DNA of 64,000 bases, from IMG/VR virus record IMGVR_UViG_3300050821_001858, positions 49,067 to 113,066 of that record; one strand, given 5' to 3'. The position numbers and the translations under genes were made by a program. The first letter of the stretch is position 1. Each line of letters starts with the position of its first letter. Shown here piece after piece: positions 52,986 through 62,882 of this stretch. The DNA is from a virus. The notes beneath the pieces were generated by a model that saw only the letters and a program-made list of their open reading frames with translations, searched no databases and was not told the origin of the DNA.

Positions 52986-53619
52986 GGAGGAAAAGGTTCT
53001 CCTTATTGCAAAGGAATCCCGTGACCTCAATGACGTTATGGTCGCTGTGACTGATGTTATTCAAGCTTGTATTCAAGAGCCAAAGGATACTAAGGTAACA
53101 GACTGGCCAATCTTTGACGTGGAATATGCATTTGTTCGTTTGCGATCAATGTCCGTTTCACCGACGATTGATTGGGGATTGGTCGATCAAACCAATCAAA
53201 AGGAACATAAGTTCAAGATCGATTTGAACGATGTCAAGGTCGTTGGACTTGAAGGACGAGAAGCCCCGTTTGTTATTAATGTCGGTAACGGTATTAAGTT
53301 TACCCTGGATTATCCTAAGGTAGCATTGCATGGTGATAAGAAGTTTCTTGATTTACGAGGGGAACGATCTTTCAACGCGATGCTCGCCAAGTCGCTGGTA
53401 TCGATTTCACAAAACGAGATAACGACCAAGGCAAAGGATATTAAGCCCGACGAGCTAGAGGCTTGGGTTGACACCCTTCCTATTCAAGCATATAATGATG
53501 CCCGTGAATTCTTTCGTGACCTTCCCCATATCGAGTGGACAACTGAGTATACCGATGGGAATGGTGAAAAGGTTCCGGTGAGGTTGAGTACGCTCAATGA
53601 TTTTTTTATGTTTGTCTGA
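52897..53619 (+). CDS. gp26: Baseplate hub assembly protein gp26
   Basis: LPS..K....R....KEEK.LL.A.ES, FDVEY.F..LR..SV, ends L.DFF. Confidence 0.88.
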   Translation: MTLPTIAVSTFEVTLPSNQKKLKLRSMLTKEEKVLLIAKESRDLNDVMVAVTDVIQACIQEPKDTKVTDWPIFDVEYAFVRLRSMSVSPTIDWGLVDQTNQKEHKFKIDLNDVKVVGLEGREAPFVINVGNGIKFTLDYPKVALHGDKKFLDLRGERSFNAMLAKSLVSISQNEITTKAKDIKPDELEAWVDTLPIQAYNDAREFFRDLPHIEWTTEYTDGNGEKVPVRLSTLNDFFMFV

Positions 53620-53807
53620 GCCACAATAACCTTATAAACTACCTGCGTCTCAATCTTAATTTGATGCATCATCATAAATGGAGTTTGTCTGATATAGAAA
53701 ACATGACGCCATGGGAGCGTGATTTCTATGTTGACTTGATCCATGAACAGATGAAAGAATCTGAAGAAAAGAGCATTCAAGATGAGTTCAACAGTTTCTT
53801 ATCGTAA
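53601..53807 (+). CDS. gp51: gp51-like hub assembly catalyst, probably reached by -1 frameshift from gp26
   Basis: L.NY...N..LMHHHKWSLSDIENM.PWER..Y..L; frame opens exactly at the T7 run. Confidence 0.78.
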   Translation, partial: FFYVCLSHNNLINYLRLNLNLMHHHKWSLSDIENMTPWERDFYVDLIHEQMKESEEKSIQDEFNSFLS

Positions 53808-53976
53808 GGCAAAGTCTTTCATTTACAATTGGTTATATTTGCAGTTCTTCGCACCGTTGAAAGATTTGAAAGATGATTATAATGAAGTTTTGACTATGCC
53901 GACTGGATTGCCCAATCATCATCTTGGTTTACATCGTTATATGCAATTTACTATGATTAGTGTAATGGGGAAATAA
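53782..53976 (+). CDS. Micro-ORF family hypothetical protein
   Basis: Tandem paralog, ends SVMGK. Confidence 0.55.
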   Translation: MSSTVSYRKAKSFIYNWLYLQFFAPLKDLKDDYNEVLTMPTGLPNHHLGLHRYMQFTMISVMGK

Positions 53977-54164
53977 TGACATATAAGTATACCAAATATC
54001 CTAATCCGAATAAAAATACCAAAATTTGGGATTATACCTATTTAAAGATGTTGGGTGAAATGAGCCATCAATATATGCATGCATATCCTGATTGGGACCC
54101 CCTTGTTAATCCTTTAAGTATTATCACTTTACAGGGTGCTGTTAGTAGTGTGATGAGGAAATAA
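53976..54164 (+). CDS. Micro-ORF family hypothetical protein
   Basis: NKN.KIW..TY, ends SVMRK. Confidence 0.55.
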   Translation: MTYKYTKYPNPNKNTKIWDYTYLKMLGEMSHQYMHAYPDWDPLVNPLSIITLQGAVSSVMRK

Positions 54165-54166
54165 CA

Positions 54167-54349
54167 ATGGAATGTTATGGTCTTAATAAAAATATCCAAA
54201 TTTGGGGTGTTACCTATCGAGCATTCTACCTAAAAGTCAGTGGAGCTATATATAATAGGTATGAGAAACTCTTTCCTTGGGTTTATCCTTCTGTTTCATT
54301 AGATTATGATACTTTATCAGAAGCTATTAATAGTGTATTCAAACATTAA
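54167..54349 (+). CDS. Micro-ORF family hypothetical protein
   Basis: NKN.QIW..TY, ends SVFKH. Confidence 0.55.
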   Translation: MECYGLNKNIQIWGVTYRAFYLKVSGAIYNRYEKLFPWVYPSVSLDYDTLSEAINSVFKH

Positions 54350-54362
54350 CAAATGTTAAGAA

Positions 54363-55610
54363 TCAGTTCCACCCGCCCCTCATACATCGGCACGTTGTTG
54401 ATGATAAGTTGTTATCATTGTGGATTTCATGAGTTAAGTCCGCGACTAGATAAGGACCGGTCAATTCAGAATCCTCATAGTTTCCGCCGCTTTCGTCTAA
54501 ACCAGCCGGGCTAAGGATATTTAAATTGATACCAGCCCCCACAGTTACACTTAACCCCCCTTGAATTGGAAACTTAGCATAGACTGACGGAGTACACGAA
54601 ACGATTGCTCTAAACAACGCCTCGATATCAGTACGTCTAACAAATTGAGCAGGTATCTTATCAGTATCAACGACTAGGAATTGTTGTTGCCCACCATTTC
54701 CTCCATAAGCAATCTGTTGTGCTTGTTGATTATATTGACCATCTGTGGTCGGAATAGGAACAGGGGATGGAGGGATATCATAAATCAATTTGTTACTCTT
54801 CTTATCAAGCACTCGATATTCCTGTTTTAGTGCCATAAGAGTTTCAGATATAGATAGACGGTTACCTTGTTGTTCTTCGCCTGGAATGGATGTGGTATAA
54901 TCAATAATTTGGTTGGTATTGAGTATCATATTTTCCCAAGCAAAACCGGGAGTTACACTTTGATAGAAGGATGGTCCCCCACCCGACGCCTGTTGAAACA
55001 TATATTCAGCGGGGGCTAATACACATCCTGAATTATTTCTGTAATAACATGTAACTCCACTCTGATATTGAGCAAATGTTAGTATTTTTCGAAATTCGTC
55101 AATAGCTTTGAAAGGCTTTAGTTTATCAACCACATAAGGATTGACCGGAAACAGTAAGCCATTGGATGCTACAGGAATGGATAATCCCCCTCCTACACCT
55201 TCGGAATGAATTTGTGATATAGCATCGGTGGCAGTGATTTGTTGAAACGATTTGGATATAATATTGGAGCGTTCGGTATAATATTCAGGACCGATCACTT
55301 GTAGTTCATACGCGAGTGTACGTGCGTTTTCAGAAAGATTTTCTTTCGTAAGGGAGTGTAACGCGCCAGAGCCCGAATAACCTCCACCCCCGGAAGCAGA
55401 AATAGAAAAAGAGACAGGTTCGCCGCCTCGCAAACCAAGTCGATCAACCAATTTACTGTTGTCAAGAATAAGTGCTCTTGCTGTAATATACGGTTTACAG
55501 ACCGATTCGAAGATTTCCAGTTTGTTGACATAGGCTGCTATATCCACTCCGTTGATTACAAACGAGTTAACACCAGCGTATCCTACTTGGGTTGCATTTG
55601 TCTGAATCAT
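54363..55610 (-). CDS. Baseplate hub protein (gp27-like)
   Basis: IFES..KPYIT....I.D...L...G.E N-terminus; G.YLV..L.H C-terminus; context. Confidence 0.6.
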   Translation of the reverse strand: MIQTNATQVGYAGVNSFVINGVDIAAYVNKLEIFESVCKPYITARALILDNSKLVDRLGLRGGEPVSFSISASGGGGYSGSGALHSLTKENLSENARTLAYELQVIGPEYYTERSNIISKSFQQITATDAISQIHSEGVGGGLSIPVASNGLLFPVNPYVVDKLKPFKAIDEFRKILTFAQYQSGVTCYYRNNSGCVLAPAEYMFQQASGGGPSFYQSVTPGFAWENMILNTNQIIDYTTSIPGEEQQGNRLSISETLMALKQEYRVLDKKSNKLIYDIPPSPVPIPTTDGQYNQQAQQIAYGGNGGQQQFLVVDTDKIPAQFVRRTDIEALFRAIVSCTPSVYAKFPIQGGLSVTVGAGINLNILSPAGLDESGGNYEDSELTGPYLVADLTHEIHNDNNLSSTTCRCMRGGWN

Positions 55611-55611
55611 A

Positions 55612-56493
55612 TTAGTTATCGTTCAGTAGTTTCTCCAAAGCATTGGCTGTCGGGGTTTTATATGGATCGTTAAGAACTAGAAGGCTCTTACGACTTTCAT
55701 TAATACCACGTTCCATTTCATAGTACGTAATGTTTTGCCAGTAAACCAATTCATCGATTGGAATGGATTGTTGAAGTAACAATAAATCAGTAATAAGAAC
55801 TCCATTGGGATCGATAAAACCAGCATTGGCAGTCCAGAGTTGAACAGTATCACCAACGTCAAACTCATTAAGAATTTGAGCAACAGTCATTGTAGTTGAA
55901 TTAATGATTGATGTAACTATACCAGTTCCCACAACAGATAAATCACTATTAGCTGCTTGCACAAGAGTATTTGAAACAAACTGAGCGGTATTGGTTACTT
56001 GCACTTCGTATAGTACATTCAAGTTCGTGAACCAATCGGTAGGGTTTCTCTTATAACCAATGATAGAAGTAGGACCCCAGATAGGAATGAAGTATTTCTT
56101 TTGGTTTATAGGCAATCGATTATAATAGTTGGGGGCGTAAGTTAAGTCGTCGTCTGACCAATTGGTTTGCCAGTAGGCTGTCATCGATTGAGCTAATTCA
56201 AATGATCCATACTTATCGACAATGAACTCGTTAAACTCTTCTTGTCTCAAAAACCACCCATAGTATGGGTCAACAATCCCATTGGCGAGATACAATAACC
56301 AATCCCAATGAGAATCCCCATAATAGTTATATGATAACACATCTGACCGTTGATAATCAGGTACGTCATAACCATAGAAAGCATTAGGGCTTTGACGAAT
56401 ATGATCAGCAATAACCACTCGCCTAGAGATATCTCGGATGTTTGTATTCCCATATAGAATAACAGGGAAGTTTTCAAAGTAATTTGTTGCCAT
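55612..56493 (-). CDS. gp53: Baseplate wedge subunit gp53
   Basis: YF..FP...Y, R.D.LSY.YYG....W...L.N.I.DP...W, Y..E...NE..K. Confidence 0.85.
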   Translation of the reverse strand: MATNYFENFPVILYGNTNIRDISRRVVIADHIRQSPNAFYGYDVPDYQRSDVLSYNYYGDSHWDWLLYLANGIVDPYYGWFLRQEEFNEFIVDKYGSFELAQSMTAYWQTNWSDDDLTYAPNYYNRLPINQKKYFIPIWGPTSIIGYKRNPTDWFTNLNVLYEVQVTNTAQFVSNTLVQAANSDLSVVGTGIVTSIINSTTMTVAQILNEFDVGDTVQLWTANAGFIDPNGVLITDLLLLQQSIPIDELVYWQNITYYEMERGINESRKSLLVLNDPYKTPTANALEKLLNDN

Positions 56494-57464
56494 TAGGCAC
56501 CTTTCGCAATAGCTACTGCATTATCCAAATCAGTATTAGTAACAAAGTCACCTTTACGCCAGTATTCGATTTCAACAAACTGAGCATGAATAATAACTGA
56601 AACAGGGGCATTTTGAGGGGTCGAGGCTCCCGCAGTTGTATCAGGATCGGCACGATGAAACGATGGAGCATGACCACCTGCATAATCAACAAGGAAATTG
56701 GTTAAAACAGCAGGCTTGAACTTGAAGATATAGTCATCATTAGGATTGAATTTGATCAACCAAACTGAAGGGAATTCCCAATATAAACCACCCGGAATAT
56801 TAATACCAGTGTTAAGAACATTTTGTACACCAGCACCAGCAGCCGGTGCCATATTATTGTTAATATACTGAATAATTTTTCGGATTTGTTCAGCCTCTTT
56901 AGGAGTATTACAAGCAAGAGTCCAAGTTAGTTGGTGTTGTTTATATTCGGGTGATTCAAATAGAATAGTAATGAATTGGTTTGGAGCCACACCTCCAAAT
57001 GCACGTAATGCTGTTAAACCAGCTTGTGCTAATCCTCCCGCAGCAACACCGGTACCAACAGCACCAAAAGTATGAGAGATGGCATTAACAGATTGAGCAA
57101 GGCTGCGACCTAACGCAGAACCAGCTAGACCGGCAAGAATTTTACCACCGGAATCAAAAAATTCAGCAAGTAAGTTAGCTTGGTTCCAACGAACACCATG
57201 GGCATCGATTAATTGATCAGGTAATGGTAAAAATATCTGTCCGTCAGTATTTTGAAGAACAACAGAATTAGCTTGCTGACCCCAATCAATAGCTGCAAGG
57301 GAAGTATAATACTTTGGTAAATCCTCAGGAAACTGCATTTGTTGAATTGTCGTAGTAGCAGCCTGGGATGCTTGGACTACCGGAGCAACGGGCACCGTGC
57401 CTGCAAAAACAGAAGGAATAAAAACTTGGGGATTAGTGGTAACACTAGAAGCGAGATCAGCCAT
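56493..57464 (-). CDS. gp48: Baseplate tail-tube cap gp48
   Basis: I.LPLP..L.D...V.W, F.SP....H...W.L.....EA..I..II, P..W.I.F. Confidence 0.8.
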   Translation of the reverse strand: MADLASSVTTNPQVFIPSVFAGTVPVAPVVQASQAATTTIQQMQFPEDLPKYYTSLAAIDWGQQANSVVLQNTDGQIFLPLPDQLIDAHGVRWNQANLLAEFFDSGGKILAGLAGSALGRSLAQSVNAISHTFGAVGTGVAAGGLAQAGLTALRAFGGVAPNQFITILFESPEYKQHQLTWTLACNTPKEAEQIRKIIQYINNNMAPAAGAGVQNVLNTGINIPGGLYWEFPSVWLIKFNPNDDYIFKFKPAVLTNFLVDYAGGHAPSFHRADPDTTAGASTPQNAPVSVIIHAQFVEIEYWRKGDFVTNTDLDNAVAIAKGA

Positions 57465-57467
57465 CGA

Positions 57468-57911
57468 TTATTTAGTCCTATATCCTAGAGCAGTTTCCCC
57501 CCATATTTCGAATTTAATACCCCGTTTTTTACACCAATCCTTGGCAGCTTCCCATTTTTTCATGTTTTTGGCATATTCAAAGGTTTCTTTCAGACTTCTT
57601 TTGGTCATCTGACCTTTCTTGGTTAACTGTGTGGTAGGAGGAACTTGCTGGTATTCAGGCTTAATCTCTATGAGATACTGTGAACCATCCTTCTTTTTGT
57701 ACCAGAGGTCTGGAAAGTAACGGTGGACTTTGTTATCTAGGGGGGAGACATAGGGTATAATGATTTCCTCTGATGACCATTGCACCACGTCGGGATCATG
57801 ATCGAGTTTCATCATAACGTTAAACTCCCAACCTGATCGATATACGATATTCGTAGGGTTACCTTTATATTTGCTCTTATTTTTGGGCTTAAAGATACCT
57901 TTTCTGGTCAT
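57468..57911 (-). CDS. gp4: Head completion nuclease gp4
   Basis: KYKG.P..IVYRS.WE, WSSEE..IPY, HRYFPD, EIKP, N..KW.AA. Confidence 0.92.
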   Translation of the reverse strand: MTRKGIFKPKNKSKYKGNPTNIVYRSGWEFNVMMKLDHDPDVVQWSSEEIIIPYVSPLDNKVHRYFPDLWYKKKDGSQYLIEIKPEYQQVPPTTQLTKKGQMTKRSLKETFEYAKNMKKWEAAKDWCKKRGIKFEIWGETALGYRTK

Positions 57912-57937
57912 ATATATTATTTAGAACTAAATATTTG

Positions 57938-60900
57938 ATGGCTAATACAACTTCTTCAGCAACAACCACTGGCGCAGCCAAAGGATCGACGTTTAAAGCT
58001 TATGCTGGCAATTTGATTGGCGGTATTGTTGAAGGTGCAGCACGTGGTTTAGGTGTGTCTGATGGGGGAATAGGACAAGCTATTAAGACAGCAACGACGC
58101 CTCGTGTTTCCTATGTGTCTAGTCCAAGTGGCACCCAAACTCCAATGCCATCTTCAATGAGGATGATGGTGCAAGAACAACTTAAATTACCACCGCCCGA
58201 AGAAATTGAACAAGCCACACGTGATTTAGAAAATGATCCAAAACTTCCTGAAGACGGTTCGATTAACACTGCATACAATCGCTTGCATGACCATGTGCAG
58301 GAAGGCTTTGTTGCAATCACCGATGTTATTCAACATAACTTTCATCTTGTTGAACAACGCCTAACTGAGCAGTCACGTGCAATCAACATCATCAATACTG
58401 AGCAACAGAAAACGAAACGTTCTCTTGAAGACCTCGAACAACGTTTTGGTCGATTTGAGCGTGGGGGGTTACAAAGCAGAGGTAATGACCCTTTTAAGTT
58501 TGGGAATGGTATAAGTGAGAAATCGTGGAAATCATCTCCTAATAACGGGGGTGGTATTATTGAGGCACTTGAAAATCTTGGAGAAGGTGCTTTAGCTGGA
58601 TGGATAGCTAGAAAGCTTTGGCCAACAATGCTTCGCTCTGTTCCATGGTTAGCAGCGGGAGCGGCATTAGGAGCAGCAGCTTGGTTTGGAGAAAAGGGAC
58701 GTTCTGAATTAAATGCCCTACCCAAAGCAACATGGGGAGATAAACTTGATTCATTGGGATGGGGAACGTCACCGTCTGTTCAAGAATATAATCGTCGTCG
58801 TTCCTCTCTTCAGTCTCATAATAGACGAAGAGATGCCCTTGGATTAAGTAGCGGACCACTCTCAGGTAATATCGATGATCGGCGCGGACAAGCACCTTAT
58901 ACTGGCTCGGGAGAAGGATCAGGTAAACCATTATTTTTTCAAGGGGGAGCCCCTAATGAAAAGGGTCCTATTCAATTGAATGCGGACCAAGCTATTATTT
59001 CAGGTAAGACAACTGAAATCAAATCAGATAGAACCGAAATCAAAGGTTCTACTCTTACCATTAGTGCTGATAAAGTTAAACTATCTGATAGTGCCAAGAG
59101 AAGTCTACTTGAACAATTAGGATTAGGCAATCTTCATATGCCTTCTCTTGCGTCAGTACTGAGTGGAATGTCAGGTGGGGCAACGTCGGCTGTTAGTGGT
59201 TTATCAACGATGGGTAATCAAGCATCGGGTGGGGCAACTGGTGACGTACTATCAAACCAAGTAAATCCTCAATCCGATAGTTTTTTTGGTAAATTCGGAC
59301 AAGCTTTTGCTGATATAGGTAAAACAATTGGGGGTGGTATTACTAATGGTTTTACTGATCATCCTAATCATGCTATAGGTGGTTTTAATTCTGGTATGGC
59401 TCGTCGCCCTGATGGTATGGGTGGTTATGCTAATGCTCCGGGATCGACATATGTATGGCGACCGGGCGGTGGTGGAGGCGGTGGGGGACGCACTACTTGG
59501 TCCGGTGGTTCACGTCCTAGTGGGGGTGGATATGGCGGTGGTGGAATAGGTATTAATCCTAACACTCCTATTAATGTTCCGGCTGGAACGCCGGGTACGA
59601 CTGCTACTCTAATGTCACAACGTGCTCAGTTTAGAGATATGTTGAATAATCCTCAAACCCGTGAACTTGCCATGGGTTTGATGGTAGCAGAAAACAACGG
59701 TAGCGCCCAAGGTAGAATGTCAGTTTTGGAAACTGCATTAAATCGTGGTGTTTCGCATGGATTTAATAATTCTAATCAAATCTTTTCGTCAGCTTATTAT
59801 GCTCCCTTTCATGATGGGGGATTACAACGGGCGTTGGGTCAACTTCGAAGCAATCCTCAATTACGTGCCCAAGTAAACGCTGAAGTTGATCAAGTTTTAG
59901 GGGGATCAAACTGGTCTAATTTTGGTACTCAAAATGGATCGGCTGGTGTTGCAGCATCAGCAGCACGTGACCAAACAGTAACCGCGCGCTGGACTGGTGA
60001 AACTTATTCACGAAAAGATAATCCTATCGGTACAGCACATCATGGTGCTGGTACGATCCGAATGGAAGGTGGATGGTATCAAAACACTCAGAGACAAATT
60101 CAAGATTGGGATCGTCAACATCCCCAGAATAATACAACTCCACAAGGACAACCATCAGTTCCCCAGAATAATACAACTCCACAAGGACAACCATCAGTTC
60201 CTCAGAATACAACACCAGCATCGCCAACTTCTCAAAACAATGGACCAACTGTTGCAATTCCTTCAGGACGTTTAACATCGAAACAGCTTGAAAACTTTGT
60301 AGCACACCATGAAGCTTTTGAACCTAAGCCGTTTTCTGATTTTGGACAAACTAATATTGGTTATGGTACTAGTGCTCGACCGGGTGAAACATCTATTTCA
60401 GAACCCGAAGCACGTCAGCGAATGGTTTCTGAATTAGATAAACACATGGCAAAAGTCCATGAAATGAATCCAAAACTGGATCAAGGTACTAAAAATGCTT
60501 TGGCATCCTTATCATATAATATTGGTGATAACTGGATGACTTTGAAAAATCAGGATGGTTCGAAGACTTTAGGTGATTATGTTCGTGATGGAAATATACA
60601 AGGAATTAAAGAAAAAATTGTTCAATACAATAAGGCTGGTGGAAAAGTACTTTCGGGATTAACAAAACGACGTAATGATGAATCCCAAATGATTGGCAAT
60701 CCTCGATGGGGAGATGTTACAGGTTCGGATGTTGGTAAGGATTGGGGACGTGCTGAAAACCAAGGTGTACCGGGACAACCGACCCATACACAACAAGACC
60801 CTTCTAAGCCTTATCCCGCTGGTCAGACAAGCCAAGTACCTATTGGACAACCACCTAGAGCAGGGACGCCCCCAACACCAGGGCGTTCCTCTCCCGATGG

Positions 60901-62812
60901 TGGAGGTAATCAATCACATATTGGCAATCTAGCAAAGGCTGATGAATTTCTTTATCAAGCATATAATCGAAGTTCTCACACTGATTCTGGTGGTCCTTAT
61001 GGATGGAAAGATGTTCAAGCTTCTCAGCGTTATGGGATGTCACTTAAAGAATATGCTATTCAAGGTATGGACCCTAGAATGCGAATGGCATTGTATGAAC
61101 AAGGTCAAACATACGAGAAAGCAACAGGACAACCATTTACCCTTAATACTGGTTTCCGTGATGACTATCGTCAATCTATTGCTACTGGTAAAGTTGTGGC
61201 TGCTCCGGGGGGTTCTACACATGGTGGTTCTAGAGTGGTGGGTGATCCTAATAGTCCTTATGCTCAAAAATTTGGACAACAAATGTCGGGATATGGTCAT
61301 GGTCAAGCAGCAGACTTTGATGAAGGATTTCCACAATGGGTAGCAAGACAAGGACCTGATACAGGAATAGGTTATACAGGACGACATTTTGGAGATGCCC
61401 CTCACGTTTCGTTTAGTGGTTCATATGAAGCACGAAAGGTAGGAGAAGGATTTTCACCACAAGGTGGTGCAAGATTTGGTCAACGCTTTAATCAATTCAT
61501 GGGAGATCAAGGAGGCGCACAATCTGCACAAGCCGCTGGTGGAAAGAAAACTATGATTTTCTTTTCGGGTATTGATGGGCGTATTGATAAAGAAGCTGCT
61601 CAAGCATTTGCAAAACAGCAGGGTGCAGAAGCAAAAATATTTGCTTTCAATGATACGGCTAGTGCAGCACAATATCTAAAACAAAATCCTGGACCTTATT
61701 CTGTTATGGGATTTTCGCAGGGTGCTAGTGCAACTACACTTGAGAGATTCGAAAAGGATGCTATACGTGCTGGTGTTCCTATGCCAGAAAGAGTTGATAC
61801 TACTGGATTGAGTGATAAATCCCCTCAATATAAAAGACCGGCTGGTGTTGTGGGTGTTGATTTTATTGATCATTCGGGTGGTGCTCATGCAGGTCAAACG
61901 AATGTAGTTGATATGCGCCCTCGTCTTCCGGCTACTGGTTTTCATGATACACCGGGTACTGGTATTCTAGCTCAGTTAACAAGAGAAGGTGCCTCTTCTA
62001 ATCCTTCCAGTCCTTCAGGGGGTGCTCCTTCTAGTGGGAATGTTCCTTCTAGTGGTGATACACAAACTCATTATAATGAAGGATGGGAAAAGAATTCGAT
62101 TGGTAAGAAAGGATGGGAACCATCACCATCTCCGATGCCTGATTGGTATAAAAACCAAGGGGGAGATACGGCTAAAGATTATAACAATCGTAGGGATGCG
62201 TGGCGTAATGCTAGAACTCCACCCCCCGGTGATGTTGGTCCTCCCGCTATGCCTGGAAAATATTCAGGACCAAACGCTGAAGGACAACAAGGCGCACCTA
62301 TTTTAAATCAAGACAGTAAGTATGGTGGTGCTAATAAATTTGGAGGTAAACCACCAGCGCGTGATATACCTGCACCTTCAAAGGAAACATTATCAGGACC
62401 GGTTACTAATCCAGAAGGATCGGCACCAGAAGGATGGCATAAGACTGACACTACACAACAACCAAATGTAAAACAAAAATGGGCTGATGTTGATAAAGGT
62501 GCGGCTGAAGGTAAGTCAGGTGCTAATAGAGTTAAACCTCATGGGGGGGCATCGGTGCGTGATCGTGCGACCCATAAGTCTGGTAAACCAAAGGAAACAC
62601 CACAAGGTGGGGGACGTAAAGAAACGTCAGGTGGGGGTAAGCAACATGGCTCCGGTCATCCAAGCACGGGGGGACGTGGTAGCGCGCCTGGAAATATTGG
62701 TGGGGCACCGGTTAACCATCCTGAGTCAGGTGGTGGTTTCCCTGGTTCGGATGGCATTGGAATGGAAAAAATCAACGGGGATTATGATAAAGGCGGATTG
62801 TGCATGGTGTGA
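57938..62812 (+). CDS. Large virion protein (tape-measure/gp29-like) with several peptidoglycan-hydrolase domains
   Basis: GH24 lysozyme (HEAF...D....IGYG...GLTKRR.DE), M15-like (GFR...S.H...G.AAD...D.PH), GFSQG; Gly/Pro linkers. Confidence 0.75.
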   Translation: MANTTSSATTTGAAKGSTFKAYAGNLIGGIVEGAARGLGVSDGGIGQAIKTATTPRVSYVSSPSGTQTPMPSSMRMMVQEQLKLPPPEEIEQATRDLENDPKLPEDGSINTAYNRLHDHVQEGFVAITDVIQHNFHLVEQRLTEQSRAINIINTEQQKTKRSLEDLEQRFGRFERGGLQSRGNDPFKFGNGISEKSWKSSPNNGGGIIEALENLGEGALAGWIARKLWPTMLRSVPWLAAGAALGAAAWFGEKGRSELNALPKATWGDKLDSLGWGTSPSVQEYNRRRSSLQSHNRRRDALGLSSGPLSGNIDDRRGQAPYTGSGEGSGKPLFFQGGAPNEKGPIQLNADQAIISGKTTEIKSDRTEIKGSTLTISADKVKLSDSAKRSLLEQLGLGNLHMPSLASVLSGMSGGATSAVSGLSTMGNQASGGATGDVLSNQVNPQSDSFFGKFGQAFADIGKTIGGGITNGFTDHPNHAIGGFNSGMARRPDGMGGYANAPGSTYVWRPGGGGGGGGRTTWSGGSRPSGGGYGGGGIGINPNTPINVPAGTPGTTATLMSQRAQFRDMLNNPQTRELAMGLMVAENNGSAQGRMSVLETALNRGVSHGFNNSNQIFSSAYYAPFHDGGLQRALGQLRSNPQLRAQVNAEVDQVLGGSNWSNFGTQNGSAGVAASAARDQTVTARWTGETYSRKDNPIGTAHHGAGTIRMEGGWYQNTQRQIQDWDRQHPQNNTTPQGQPSVPQNNTTPQGQPSVPQNTTPASPTSQNNGPTVAIPSGRLTSKQLENFVAHHEAFEPKPFSDFGQTNIGYGTSARPGETSISEPEARQRMVSELDKHMAKVHEMNPKLDQGTKNALASLSYNIGDNWMTLKNQDGSKTLGDYVRDGNIQGIKEKIVQYNKAGGKVLSGLTKRRNDESQMIGNPRWGDVTGSDVGKDWGRAENQGVPGQPTHTQQDPSKPYPAGQTSQVPIGQPPRAGTPPTPGRSSPDGGGNQSHIGNLAKADEFLYQAYNRSSHTDSGGPYGWKDVQASQRYGMSLKEYAIQGMDPRMRMALYEQGQTYEKATGQPFTLNTGFRDDYRQSIATGKVVAAPGGSTHGGSRVVGDPNSPYAQKFGQQMSGYGHGQAADFDEGFPQWVARQGPDTGIGYTGRHFGDAPHVSFSGSYEARKVGEGFSPQGGARFGQRFNQFMGDQGGAQSAQAAGGKKTMIFFSGIDGRIDKEAAQAFAKQQGAEAKIFAFNDTASAAQYLKQNPGPYSVMGFSQGASATTLERFEKDAIRAGVPMPERVDTTGLSDKSPQYKRPAGVVGVDFIDHSGGAHAGQTNVVDMRPRLPATGFHDTPGTGILAQLTREGASSNPSSPSGGAPSSGNVPSSGDTQTHYNEGWEKNSIGKKGWEPSPSPMPDWYKNQGGDTAKDYNNRRDAWRNARTPPPGDVGPPAMPGKYSGPNAEGQQGAPILNQDSKYGGANKFGGKPPARDIPAPSKETLSGPVTNPEGSAPEGWHKTDTTQQPNVKQKWADVDKGAAEGKSGANRVKPHGGASVRDRATHKSGKPKETPQGGGRKETSGGGKQHGSGHPSTGGRGSAPGNIGGAPVNHPESGGGFPGSDGIGMEKINGDYDKGGLCMV
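60122..60209 (+). repeat. 39-bp tandem repeat (about 2.3 copies) encoding PQNNTTPQGQPSV
   Basis: Exact duplication 60122-60160 and 60161-60199. Confidence 0.9.
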
Positions 62813-62882
62813 CAACTTGTCGCATAGCTTGTGCTGTCCTATTGTGTTATGTTGGCGACCGTGATCCTAAGGGAGATTTGTT

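Noticed and set aside
54363-57911. Minus-strand gp4-gp48-gp53 block as a recent inversion
   Set aside because: No flanking inverted repeats were seen, and divergent late promoters serve both directions.
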